Source of the DNA: Flectonema sp. DT1601
Taxonomy: Eukaryota
Length of the DNA: 64,000 nucleotides
Assembly (NCBI GenBank): GCA_964019425.1
Contig: OZ025802.1
Span: 682,001 to 746,000 of the forward strand
Reading direction: 5' to 3'
Made by a program: the position numbers and the translations under genes. Numbering within the stretch: the stretch's first letter is position 1; the number at the start of each line of letters is the position of its first letter. The notes beneath the pieces were generated by a model, which searched no databases, was not told the origin of the DNA, and saw nothing but the letters and a program-made list of their open reading frames with translations. Positions 24,386 to 36,235 of the stretch are shown piece by piece.

Positions 24386-25609
24386 TTACATCGATTCGTA
24401 GTAGCTCATTTCTCTTACTGACGCAGAAGGATCTCCATAGTTCTTTTTAAAGAGTTGTTTAAAATCTTTAGATTTATCCCTCGATCTAGCTAAGTGAACC
24501 CGACAACAATAAAATAAAATACAAACAAACACTGTTCCACCGGATGCGATTGCTACAATAAGCCACGGAAAAGGAGTTGACTTGTTGTCACTAGTATAAG
24601 ATCCGTTCAGCATTTGAAAACCATTTGTGTCAAGAACGAATATCATATGGTCGGAACCAGTTGTTGTCGACACACTACGAGATCTGATATCGATGTTATA
24701 AATCCCTTCATCATTATTATTTAGATTAATTACTCTACTCATTAATCTTACATCAGTAGCATCAGGGTCATGAACCAGAACTGATGTTCGGTTAACTCCA
24801 GATATCAACTCATCAGTTACGTCAAACCCAACACATCGTTCAAACTGAAATGAATTATCTAACGCAGAAGCGTGATCGATGTCAATTTTATTAACGAACA
24901 TCACATTGGCTGTAGTTGTAAAGTATAATTTTTGCTTCGTCTGAACCAGATTCTTTATTGCCGGTTGTTCTGATGAACTTATCGTATCTTGACCGACTAA
25001 AAAATGAGCTTTTTGCAATAATGAAAATCGTAAAGTAGATGCAGTTACAATCATTTTGTCAGATTCTGAATAAGAAACAACTTGTTGAATTTCTCTGTAG
25101 GCTTTTGTGATGTTAACTGAATATGGAAGTTCTGAAATTCTGATAGAAATTAAACCGAAACTATCCACTAAAAATAGTATTTGATCCGACTCATCGAAGG
25201 CTGCGCTAAGAACAGGTAACGCCAGTGAGATATTACCAATCTGGTCATATTTATCTGACGTAATGTTAATCACCGCAATATAAGTATCGGATATAAGAAT
25301 AGCAGCTGACGTTGAGGATGATACGATCACTTTTGAGTATCCGACGGAGGACTTTTCATCGAACAATTCTTTATTTACGATGGTTGGATTAGAATAAAGA
25401 TCACCATTTGTATCGAACGTTATCAATCCAAAGTCACCAACAACATAAACAATTCCTTCTTGAATATCAAAACCTTTAACTCCTCCATTTGATACAGTCA
25501 CATTACATAATAGTTCTGGTGGTGATGCTATTCTAGCAGGTGGTGACGCCGCATGACAAATACCCAACAAACACAGTAAAACTTCACACAGGAACAGGTA
25601 ATTATTCAT
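24386..25609 (-). CDS. 407-aa type I membrane protein with beta-rich ectodomain
   Basis: Signal peptide, propeller-like strands, TM PWLIVAIASGGTVFVCILFYCC, short tail. Confidence 0.8.
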   Translation of the reverse strand: MNNYLFLCEVLLCLLGICHAASPPARIASPPELLCNVTVSNGGVKGFDIQEGIVYVVGDFGLITFDTNGDLYSNPTIVNKELFDEKSSVGYSKVIVSSSTSAAILISDTYIAVINITSDKYDQIGNISLALPVLSAAFDESDQILFLVDSFGLISIRISELPYSVNITKAYREIQQVVSYSESDKMIVTASTLRFSLLQKAHFLVGQDTISSSEQPAIKNLVQTKQKLYFTTTANVMFVNKIDIDHASALDNSFQFERCVGFDVTDELISGVNRTSVLVHDPDATDVRLMSRVINLNNNDEGIYNIDIRSRSVSTTTGSDHMIFVLDTNGFQMLNGSYTSDNKSTPFPWLIVAIASGGTVFVCILFYCCRVHLARSRDKSKDFKQLFKKNYGDPSASVREMSYYESM

Positions 25610-26223
25610 ATTGGTGTCAATCTACTGTTTTAAAAGAAGGAAATAATCTCTTATTTCTCGAGACAATTCGATTTTTTTTTTTTTTTTTTTTTTGATTTGT
25701 TGGATCGCCTGGATAAATAAAATAAATAAAGAAAGAAAAGAAAAATTTGAAATACATTTTTAAAAAAAACGGTGCGGTATGTGTGCGATGTGGTGTGTTG
25801 TGCGTGTGGGTGAAGTGATACACAATCAGGTTATTTATTGCACACAATGAGCTGCTATCTAAAAATGTTGCGCCTCGGTTGTTGTTATTGTTGTTGTTGT
25901 TTTTTTGTTGTTTTTTTTTTTTTTTCGCCGGGCTGTTGTTTTATTCTTCTTTTTTTTACTTTTCTCTCGCCAACAAACAACATCACAACGTCTTGCTTGA
26001 TCGGCACATACAAGAACAGAAGGTAGCATTACGAGGATGACATTAAAGAAAGGGCATCCAACCGCGGGTGGAGATGGGTAAGACAGATGAAACAAAAAAG
26101 AAAAAACGAGTTTGTAAGACTAAAGATCGACAATAACAAAAAGAAAGCACCAAGGGGAGAATGAGTTATCACCAAATACGGTGCAAAAAATTTAAAAAAA
26201 AAACTCAATTTCCCCAGGGTGAC

Positions 26224-26261
<38 letters not shown>

Positions 26262-26504
26262 CAAAGAGAGTGTGACTGCGTCTGCAAGGGAAATTCATTG
26301 TGTGTCTCCAAGAGAGAACCAGCTCAGTAAAATGGTTCAAAAAAAAAAATAGTTTTTTTTTTTTCCTCCTCCTGCCAATCTCTCTAATAGAACAAACAAG
26401 ACTTTATAATACATATAAAGTAGTCAAAATGCCTTATTCCCAATAGAGTTAATTTTTTAATCCAACGTTACTGTATATTAAGAGTTCTCTAGGGAGGTAA
26501 CTCA

Positions 26505-26603
26505 CAGCAACAGAGGGTCCAATCCGCTACGGATTAGAGAGCAGCAGCACAATCAGGAGGTGATCAAAAAATAACCACCTGTTGAATAATTACGTTTCAT
26601 GTA
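26505..26603. repeat. Degenerate interspersed repeat family 2 (homologous to 31356-31480)
   Basis: Shared colinear blocks acagc, ttaga.ag, cacaa.cagg, taaccacctgt, aata.t.acg, ttcatgt. Confidence 0.6.
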
Positions 26604-29600
26604 TTTCTTTTCATTCTTTCTTCCCTTTTTATTTCCATCCTTCGGGAGATAGAGAGACGAGGAAGCCCATCACTGATACAGCGAACTTAGGAGTATAAGG
26701 TAAAACTGCATAGAGCCATGAGGCAGCAGCAACGTAAGTAGACCCAATCTTGTTAGGACTGGATAGTATAGTTTAAGCTGATGGGACATCCTGAACACAG
26801 CATGTCATTGTCAGCTTTCCACCGTCCGATTATGGAGGAAAAAAGATTTAAAAGTACAGGAGGATTGTTTTACTTAAGAATAAGAGAAATTTATGAAACA
26901 GGTCAGGTTCTTCATTCCCTTTTGATGTTTTTTTTTTTTTTTCTTTTTTTTTTCAACTTTACCATTGCTTGTGTGTTTTTTTTTTTTTTTTTTTTTTGAT
27001 GTTGAGAAGCCACACTTCAGGAAAAGCTCAAAATAATGTCTGAGTCGCTGAAGAGAAATTTTCAACCTGTTGAAGCCACATGCACGAGGCCAGAAGTTTT
27101 CAAGAAGAGAGGGAAGGACGGAGGGAGAACAAACCACAAAGTTGATGTAGTTAACTAGCATTACAACTATTTGGGTTGTATCGCAATAATAATAAATAAT
27201 AAATTTAAAAAAAAACCTCGTGTTGCACAAGCAATTTTTTTTTTTTTTTTCTCTTCCTTACATCAATCAGTATACCAACTATGACCGAATCAATAATTAC
27301 TTTGAAAAGAATGGGAGAGAGAGAGAGGAAGAATTTCTTTTTTTTTTTTTTTTTTTTTTTTTTTCACGAATTAAAAATAAACGGGGGGAAAGAAAATTTT
27401 AATCAGCTACCAATGATACGACTGACCTTGGTAAAGAATGCATCAAAAAAAAAGGAAACTGCGCTTACAAAAAAAAAAAAAAAAAAAGCATGTCCTCATT
27501 ATAAACTATAGGACTTTTCATCTGACTAAATGTCAGCCACTACAATATGACACAAGTGTTTTTTTTTTTTTTTTTTTTTTTTTGTTTTTTTTTTGTTTTT
27601 TTTAATAACCAAGCCACCATAAGTGGTAAATACAAGCGATCAATTCTCATACCCAAAGTTAAGATTGTTGTGAAAACTGAAATACCGGAGGAAAACCAAC
27701 ACAGTGCCAATAGCAACAGTGCAACACAAGAAGGGCAGTGCTAGAAAAACGTCAGCTTCCATAAGAGCCAAGTAGTAGTGGTAGAGGATATTCCCTTCAA
27801 TGTTTCCATTTTTTTTATTCTATTTTATTTTTTCTTTTTTTAATTTCGAGTTTATATATTTATTTATTTATCGAAGTCCAGAAAAGCTAAACCTCACAGG
27901 AGGAGTCATCACAAACAACCAATATAAAAAAAAAAAAAAAAAAGAATGAAACCATAATCCAGCTTTTTTTTAAAAAAAAAAATATAAGGATTACGAGTAC
28001 TGCCCAACATTCTTTTTCTATGTTACAAATATGTTTGTTGGGGGAAAAAAAAAAGAATCGAGGTTCTAGTATCGACTCAAACACAATTGAGGAATAACAC
28101 TTTATAGTTACCCGAAAGCAAGCAGGACAGTTATAAATGCAGCTAGGTGTATTTTTTGTTTCAGTTAAAAAAACTAACAACAAAAAAAAAAAAAAAAAAA
28201 AATTTAAAAAAATTTAAAAAAAGACAAATAAAATAATTGAACGAGGAAAAGGAGGACAAAAAAAGACAAGGGGAAAAGATACTTTTTCTCCGATTTACCA
28301 CACCCAATTTGAGACATAATTATAGCACCCAAGTGCTGTACGAGCAGGGCGTTTCGACATCAACATCTTGAAGACAGAAATAACTCAAAAAACACGAGGA
28401 GCAAGGAGGAAAACGATTGAACATCAATCATTGGTACTCTTCCCGTGATACACTTGTGATAGTATTTATTTATTTAACTTTAAAGTCAGGGAAGACTCCC
28501 ATACTCACATAAAAAAATCGAAATGTCACATTAAGCTTCAGTATTCTAGTCTGAATGGTACTATTCAGCAGATAAAAAAGAAAGAAACGAGCACTTCGAG
28601 GAATCCATGACTGTGAAACAGCATAGGGAAGCCAGGGCAGTTCTTTTTCGAACCACTGCTCTTATTCGTGAAACACCTTGAATTAATGTAAGGCAACCCA
28701 TCAGCAATACAAAACATGCGCATTTGGAAGTTAGATACAACGAATTGCGAAAAATAACGCAAAGCGTTTAAAATAAAATAACAGCAGCGGCAGTATTGCA
28801 TATGAAGAAGCTCTTACGTATTTCAATCTTTTGCATTCAGTTGAAGAACCAAGGACCACGGGTTCATCATATTAACGTGACTCACTAACAACCTCCAAGG
28901 GTTAAATTATTTACCTGCTTAACAGGGAACATGAACTAAGAGGGATGAAAAAATGAGTAAAATAAAAAATAAAAAAGAACAACAAGAGTTCATATCTAAC
29001 TTGAATTTAAAGGGGTGGGAAAAAAAAAAAAAAACAATAAATAAATAACAATTAGCAAATCAAAAACAGACAGGAGTGGAAATAGAGCCAGTACTTGAAT
29101 AGACTTGGCACGTTTCTTTTTTTTTTTTTTTTGCTACTCATCAAAAAAAAAAAAATAATAATAATAATAAAGAAAACTAAAATGAGAATGCGTGCAGTGC
29201 AGCCGATGCTTAGATCAATAGCTTTCAAGTATTGCCTTGACAGAAACTAACATTACACGGAAGCCACTTGTAATCAAAACGTACAGGCTAGACTAATTAA
29301 ATGACAAAAGAGTTCTTTTTTTTTTTTTTTTTTTTTCTTTTTTTTAAATTCTCATAAGAATTTCTTTCCATTCCATAATCACGGAGAATCAATTAACTTG
29401 GCTACAACATGATATCGAGGAGAGGTAATTTGATACTGCATTCTTAACTTAGCTCAAAAGGAATAACAATCTCTCCGACAATCTTGACTGTCAGCGGCAG
29501 CGTAGTAAATGATTGCAAATAAATAAATAATACCACGTGGAGGCCACGTGAACATAGTTGAGTACCACTGGCCTATGCTACCGTAACTAGCTATTTTGGG

Positions 29601-30709
29601 GGGTGAAACTTTTGATAATGGCAAAAAAAAAAACAGTAATAACTTTTAGGGTATTAAAACAAAATTAATATCAAGTACTTGACTGAAAAAAAATATTTGA
29701 TGATATCGACGGGGGGAAAGCTCGTGTAAAGGCCGTGCACCAATGAAAAAAATATGGGCAAGAAGACAAAAATACAGTAAAATAAAACCAGAAAACCAAT
29801 TCTTTTCTTCTTTATAGCCAATGCAAGAAAATCTCTTTATTTTCGATTTCAAAAAAAAAGAGAGAAAAAAAAAAAAAAATTAAATTAAAACTCTAACAGC
29901 AGGATCGAATATGAGTTTTTAAAAAAAAAAAAAAATAAAAAAAAAAATTAGTACGACTAAACTAAACAGGCCTTAATCTTATACTTGTCCCCCCTCCCCT
30001 TTTCGGCCTTCATCAGGGACCTCACTAGCGAGCTATCTTTCATTTAACTCACCAGTAACATGTTATCGAGAAAGCCTTTTTAAAGTTAAAGTAATAAACA
30101 TAATAATAATATAAAAAAAAAAAAAAAAAAAAAAACGAAGTTAAACAAAACTAGTATGAGTAAAGAGAAATATCTCAAAAGAGGAAGAAAGGAAAGTTGC
30201 ATCAAATAAATGTTGCAACGTTTTTTTAAAGCCTAAGAAACTGGATTATTTTTATTTATTTTTTAATTCAATTTTTTTGTTTCAAATTTGGGCAATAAAA
30301 AAAAAAAAAAAAAAAAACGAAAAAATTATTTTGGAGGAGAGAACGAGTGGAAAAAATCGGTTCGAATGTTTACACTCCTAGTAAGAGTTGTGAGAAATAA
30401 GTGGGAAGAAAAAAAAAAAAAAAAAATAGTAGTCTACGGTCCAAGTTATTACCAAAAGGGGAAGAACATAAATAAATAAAACAGTACTCACAGTGGAAGA
30501 CAGTGAACGAAAATTCACGAGAAATAGAACTCAGCAAACTGTCGACGGTGTAACTTCCTTGTAATTTAGCGATCACTTATTTCTTTAAACATCCGATTAG
30601 TAGAATAGCCTAAGAGAGGGATGTAGTATAGTTACTTAGAGAGAGAGAAAGAGAGAAAGTCAGTCCCCGCAGCTAACAAAAACTTCAGTAACATACGGAG
30701 AATGAAAGG

Positions 30710-30742
<33 letters not shown>

Positions 30743-30788
30743 AAAGCAATACAACGACAACATGGCACAGAACAGCCACATACTGGAA

Positions 30789-31090
30789 AACCTCTTTACA
30801 CTCTCAGCAAGACATAAAATGACCTGCTATGCGAACCAAAGGGTTACTTCAATTGGTCGCAAAACCTCTTTACGCTTTCATGGTGATAGCCAAAGGGTTG
30901 CTTGCTCAATGGTATTTTTTTTTTTAATTTTTTTTTTTTTCTTACTTGAAACCTCTCTATTTTTTTCACATCAAAAAGCGGCTTTCTGTGACACCCAAGG
31001 GTTCCTGGTCAGTGGTTTGAAAAATTTTTTTTTTTATCTTTTTCCCAAAATCTCTTACAAGCCACCAACTGGGGTGACTGAATAAGGACC
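30789..31090 (-). repeat. Array of four related bulged-A hairpins
   Basis: Units 30789-30845, 30863-30899, 30950-31003, 31049-31090; minus-strand base AACC-CUU...RAG-A-GGUU (unit 4 GGUC-CUUAU...GUAAG-A-GAUU) with variable apical stems. Confidence 0.6.
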
Positions 31091-32574
31091 AATCGCGTTA
31101 TTTTATTCTTCATTTTTTTATATTTTTTTTTTTAAATCAAAACAGATAAAAAAAGGGGGAAGTTTTTTTTTTTTTTGATTATTTTTTTTTCTTTAAATTC
31201 CTCTACAATAATAAAAATAAAAATTTAAAAAAAAAAAAAAGATAAAATATGGTTGCCAGAGAAACCACCATATTTATTTTTAGAGGTCACCGTATCTCAA
31301 TATTAAAAAAAATATCTACGAAATCTTCAAAATGTAATTAACATTTGAGGATAATGTTAATTACAGCGAGCCCGACCTACCATCGAGTACCGGTTAGATA
31401 GACACAACAGGGTGGAACGGTTAACCACCTGTGAGTCCCCAAATACTACGACTTCATGTCGAACCTGATCCCTAATGTGGATTGCGTAGTATTTTCTTTT
31501 GTAATTTTTTTTTTTTTTAAGGAAACGTAAGCGACAAATATAAAAAAAATTAAAAAAAAAAGCTGCATTTCTTCGCACAGGAACAATGATTTAATTAGCT
31601 TGGCAGAGACTTGCTAATTAAAATCACATTATATATAAAGTAAATAAAATAAAAATAAGCAACTACAAAAACACTTCGGGTAATGTGTACTAGTAGCATT
31701 CTTATTCTTGTTAAGGGAAAAAAAAAAATTGATAATCGGATACGTTTAAGTTAACGACTCTTGTTTTTTTTAATTTTAGGATGCAAACCTGAGGAAAGGA
31801 TATACGCAGCAAACACTACTGTGTGTGAAATATAAACTTGGAACAAAAAAGAAAAAAAAAAGAAACATGCAAAGGGCTTTTTTTTATTTTTTTTTTTTTT
31901 TAATTATTATTTTGGGAAGAATTTTCTTTCCTTTTCTTTTTTTTTTTTTCTTTGCTATCGTTTCGTTATAATATAAAATTCGAGAGAGAGAGATGGGGAG
32001 GGATACAAAAAAAAAAAAAAATTAAAAAAAAAAAATGCAAGGCTGTCGCTGAAATTTTTGCATGAAAGAAATCGTCACGTTAAAGACCAGGTCAGATAGA
32101 ACCCTCCCTAGCCGGTGAAACTTCGTATCTTATTCTTACAGACGATACAGTGCTATTTTTTTTTATTTTTTTTTTTTTTCATCTGCTGTTCCGCTTGTGC
32201 CATACACGCAACAAAACACACAAATAGACTGCTCTGTAACAATATAGAATGATGAGGAAAATAAATTATTTTAAAAAGAAATAATAAATAAATTATAACA
32301 ATAATAAAGAATTTTTTGTATTGGTGTTTTTTTCGTCGTGCAGTACAAAAAAAAAAAAAAAAATACAACAGTACCGCAGTCTGAGCGTATCATTGAAGAT
32401 TGTTACCCGTGAATTACAGGTTTCTTTTTTTTTTTTTTTTTTCCCGTTCAACCTCCGGGGGAAAAAAAAAACTCCTTTCTCACAAATAAAAAGGATAGAT
32501 TCTCAAAACACAGTCAAGTTTGTTGCCAAAGGACGACAGCCGTAGTAATCTTCCTGATATTAGTTCACATGATT

Positions 32575-33411
32575 TTACTCATTTGAAGGCCTACATTCTG
32601 AATTGCCGTTATTTGAAAATGGACGAACGATTGCTGATCTGCACATCGGACAAGTCTTATCAGCGGATGATTTTGTTTCCAACCAATCCTTAATACAAGT
32701 CCCATGAAATACATGATCACAAGGTAGACGAATCCAAAGTGAATGAGTGTTTTCAAACACATCCTCAGTCGGTGCTGATGAAAATGATGAGGCTTCAATG
32801 TGAATACGAGGTTCAGAATCAGGAGAGTTATCGTCAGGTGAGGAGATTACTATTGAAAACTCCTCTTCCATGCCGGCCTCTTCCATATCACCCTCTTCAC
32901 CACCTCTTGGACTGTTTATTGGTGATGCAAATGGTGAACTTGATTTTGCTTCACGTGTATCAATGGTTAATTGTGTTATTGGATTCACTCCTCTTGTTGG
33001 TTCAAAAGGATCCACCACATCATCGGATGGATCTTTTTCTGACATCGCTTCAGAATGTTCGTCGAATTGTTGTTGTTGTTCTTCTTCTGGTTTTTGTAAG
33101 ACTAAACCCTCTTCATCCATTCCACAAAGACAAATACAACATTTATCACCTTCCGTCTCTCTGATAGCACAGCTTAAGATAACGTCAGCAATATCATCAC
33201 CACTCACATCGTTTAATGGATTTGAACGATTACCTGATCTTCCTGAATGCGAAGGCAACTGTCTCTGTGGTTGTTCCCTAGAAGGACTTGATACAAGTTT
33301 TGGAGGCCAACTTAATGATAATTTATAATATTTCATCCAAACAATAAACAAGGTCACCACTACGAATATCAGCCCACTGAACCCTCCGATAACGGTACCC
33401 ACGAGATCCAT
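32575..33411 (-). CDS. ATL-like transmembrane RING-H2 E3 ligase with a split RING (~278 aa)
   Basis: Start MDLVGTVIGG at 33411; N-terminal TM; CCICL ... RLPCDHVFHGTCIKDWL...CPMCR. Confidence 0.8.
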   Translation of the reverse strand: MDLVGTVIGGFSGLIFVVVTLFIVWMKYYKLSLSWPPKLVSSPSREQPQRQLPSHSGRSGNRSNPLNDVSGDDIADVILSCAIRETEGDKCCICLCGMDEEGLVLQKPEEEQQQQFDEHSEAMSEKDPSDDVVDPFEPTRGVNPITQLTIDTREAKSSSPFASPINSPRGGEEGDMEEAGMEEEFSIVISSPDDNSPDSEPRIHIEASSFSSAPTEDVFENTHSLWIRLPCDHVFHGTCIKDWLETKSSADKTCPMCRSAIVRPFSNNGNSECRPSNE

Positions 33412-33545
33412 GTTGGTTTTATTTTTATTCTTTTTTTTTTTTTTTGGGGATTTAAATCCTGAAAATTGCAGGTAAATTATTGTGAAAGAAAAAAATAACA
33501 AAAAAAAAAAAAAAAAAAAATCACATCAATAACAATTACAATCAA

Positions 33546-34586
33546 TTAATCGCCAGAAGTTAATAGATCAGAAGCAACTTGTAGTTCTTCAGCAAGCTTG
33601 GAGCGATTGTCTTTGGATTGTTCAAGAGAGACTCGCAGAGAATCAATAGCGTCTTCAGCATCATCGACAGTAAGATCTTTACATCGTCCGTCAATAAGAT
33701 ACTGAAGTGTTACAAATAACTCTATTGGAGATGTTATTTTAAAAGAAACATTTAATAATAATTTATGAATAGAAAGTGATCTTAAATGATTCACCCCATC
33801 AACACTACTAACCTGAACAATACCATCACCAACACCACAGTTAATACCATTAGGTAGTTGTGGTACTCCGAATGATCGTATCAGGAGACTACGTGGTGAT
33901 TTTTTCATTGAATCTCTCTTTCTTAACACTCCCTTAAACAGCTGACAACGATATGAATATTCAAAGGTGCCTAAGTCACGACGATGTTGTGAAAGGAAAG
34001 ATGGTATCTGACGGATGTTATTATTCTCAATAGCACTGACTCGATCATCGAATCTAATGTATTCCGCGTTCAATGAGGTGTCATTTTGAAGACTTTTCAG
34101 TCTTTTTAAAGATCGTTGCTGAGTCGGAACCAGTGATATCTCCTTAACTTTTAACATGGATGATTCACAGACAGGATCTCTTGCTGGATATTGTCGGTCT
34201 GCTTTGCGTTTCGCAGTTTTATAAAAAGGTGATTTAATTCTAAAAGAAACAGCCGTGTTAGAAAGTAATTCGTGATCTTTCCAGACTGGTGTCTCTTGAG
34301 GTCTATTTAAAAATAATCTATATTTGTTTAGTACGGATGGATGGATCCCCCCATCACGTTTTAACTGTGCAACACCAATCCAGCAAAGCTCAATCATGAG
34401 ATATTCCTCTGGAAAGTGTTGTTGAAAGATGTCATTCATTTTTATTTTCATCATATTTCCGAATTCTCGTTTTGCAGTTTCTCCATCACCAGTTTTACTT
34501 TTATGAATGAGTTGTGATATTCTCTCAGGATGCTCTGATTGGAGTATCTCTCTTATTAGTGATTTCAGACACGACATTCTATTCAC
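33546..34586 (-). CDS. Hypothetical protein, 346 aa
   Basis: Long ORF with ordinary composition on the coding strand; no motif recognised. Confidence 0.7.
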   Translation of the reverse strand: MNRMSCLKSLIREILQSEHPERISQLIHKSKTGDGETAKREFGNMMKIKMNDIFQQHFPEEYLMIELCWIGVAQLKRDGGIHPSVLNKYRLFLNRPQETPVWKDHELLSNTAVSFRIKSPFYKTAKRKADRQYPARDPVCESSMLKVKEISLVPTQQRSLKRLKSLQNDTSLNAEYIRFDDRVSAIENNNIRQIPSFLSQHRRDLGTFEYSYRCQLFKGVLRKRDSMKKSPRSLLIRSFGVPQLPNGINCGVGDGIVQVSSVDGVNHLRSLSIHKLLLNVSFKITSPIELFVTLQYLIDGRCKDLTVDDAEDAIDSLRVSLEQSKDNRSKLAEELQVASDLLTSGD

Positions 34587-34858
34587 ACAAAAAAAAAATC
34601 CAACTCCAGTCGTTTTTTTTTTTTGTTTTTTAATCCTATTTATAATAATAATTACGTTGTGTCACCCATCGTCACGAAACCAAAACTCAGATAGCAGTAG
34701 TAATGTAAGGTGGTCATGATGAAAGGGGAAAATAATAATAATAAAACAACTACATTGAACTAAAACTGAGAAAGAGCAAAAGCAATAGCATACTACAATT
34801 GTGTAGATAAATTAAAACAAAAAGAAACTGAAGGTTACAACTTGTTAGGACTGTAGTG

Positions 34859-35255
34859 CTAGCTATTACTCCCTGGTCCAAATATTCGATCTGCCAGTCT
34901 GTAACCTAATAAATGACGAGCCCCTTGCTGTACTGCGCCGTATTGCCACATACAACAGCTGCTGCGATCCTTTCGTTGGTTTTGATGCTTTGCTTTAAGA
35001 GCTTTGTCTTTTTCAACTTCACGAAGACGGTCTTTTTCCATTCTGAATTATATTATTTTTTTTTATTTTTGAAAGTTCAATTCACTCACAGAACAACAAC
35101 AATAACAAATGCACATACTGAAATTCTTTGGCATATCGATCAACAAGAGAAAAAGTACTTCGATAGGCTGCCTTTGGACGTTCGCTATCATTATCGTCTC
35201 CACCAAGCTCAGAATATCCTAGAGAGTGACCACCACCCGATATGTTTAACGACAT
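34859..35255 (-). CDS. Two-exon small hypothetical protein (~106 aa)
   Basis: Exon 35255-35119 (MSLNISGGGHSLGYSELGGDDNDSERPK...AKEFQ) joined in phase 2 across a 76-nt GTATGT...TTCAG intron (35118-35043) to exon 35042-34859 (MEKDRLREVEK...). Confidence 0.7.
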
Positions 35256-35611
35256 TATTAAATTGTAATTATTTAAAACTCGTGTACCTGTTTAATAACA
35301 AAATAAAAAAAAGTAAAGGTTAACTACCCATGTAACATTCACCATTATAATGACATATTGCCTTTAGTTCCTGGTAAATTTAATTAAAAAATTATTTATT
35401 ATTTCATTACTGTATTATCAATACTTGATCAGACTCATCTAGTTCCTCCATCACCATATTGAAATAATGAGCTAATTTGACGATTCACTACGGAGGGGGA
35501 TTGGTTGGGAGCGAAATACCAAAGTGCCTTCAGTCAGGACATCTGTTTGTTTTATTATTTTTTGTTTTTGGTAGAAGCGACGTGTTGATAATTAATTGTG
35601 TTACTACATAC

Positions 35612-36235
35612 CTACTGCTTCTTGGACTTCTTCTTGTCGGTCTTTCTCTGGTAGAAGGCCAACTCAGCACCCTCGAGAACGTATCCGTCACAACGTCCAA
35701 CCTGTCCTGGACGGGAGCTAACCTTCGCCAAAACCTTTCCGGACTTGAACTGGTCTGAGAGAGACTTGTCAATCTTTCTTCCGACGATACGGGAAGCCCA
35801 TCTTCTCTTTCTGGACTCAGTGAGCTCATCCTCCTTGAACACCTTGTCGGTGGCTCTCTTCTTTCCAAGAAGAACTCCGTAGTGTTTGTAGTACCACTGT
35901 CTGAATGGACCAGATTCGATGGTTACGATGGCTCCCTTTACGAGGGTCTTGGTTCTGATCATTTCGTTGCTGGTGGCGTTGTAAACGACGTCCAAAACAC
36001 GGCACTTTCTGGTGCATGATTCGGTTCCCCATGCGAAGTTTCCGGTGTCAAGACGAAGGGCACGGAACTTCAAGTTTCCTCCTCTGGCACGGACCTGTCT
36101 AACACGGACATCACCGTGGGTCAACTTGGTTTGTGCTGGGAGACGTCCCAACTCGTACTTTCTCTTCTTGCAGTGGATCTTACGCTTTCCACCAGTCACA
36201 CGACGCTTGTGAAGTCTGCTGCGAGTGATACCCAT
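35612..36235 (-). CDS. RPS8: 40S ribosomal protein S8 (eS8), copy a
   Basis: [19 protein letters not shown]...[19 protein letters not shown]...[23 protein letters not shown]. Confidence 0.98.
   Translation of the reverse strand: MGITRSRLHKRRVTGGKRKIHCKKRKYELGRLPAQTKLTHGDVRVRQVRARGGNLKFRALRLDTGNFAWGTESCTRKCRVLDVVYNATSNEMIRTKTLVKGAIVTIESGPFRQWYYKHYGVLLGKKRATDKVFKEDELTESRKRRWASRIVGRKIDKSLSDQFKSGKVLAKVSSRPGQVGRCDGYVLEGAELAFYQRKTDKKKSKKQ

Noticed and set aside
29987..30020. Hammerhead-like GUCC-CUGAUGA-AGGCC-GAAA...GGAC on the minus strand
   Set aside because: No stem II closing pair, no stem III and no UH cleavage site.
15650..32545. Many 60-170 aa ORFs rich in poly-F or poly-K in the spacers
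   Set aside because: Translations of poly(T)/poly(A) tracts with no protein-like composition.
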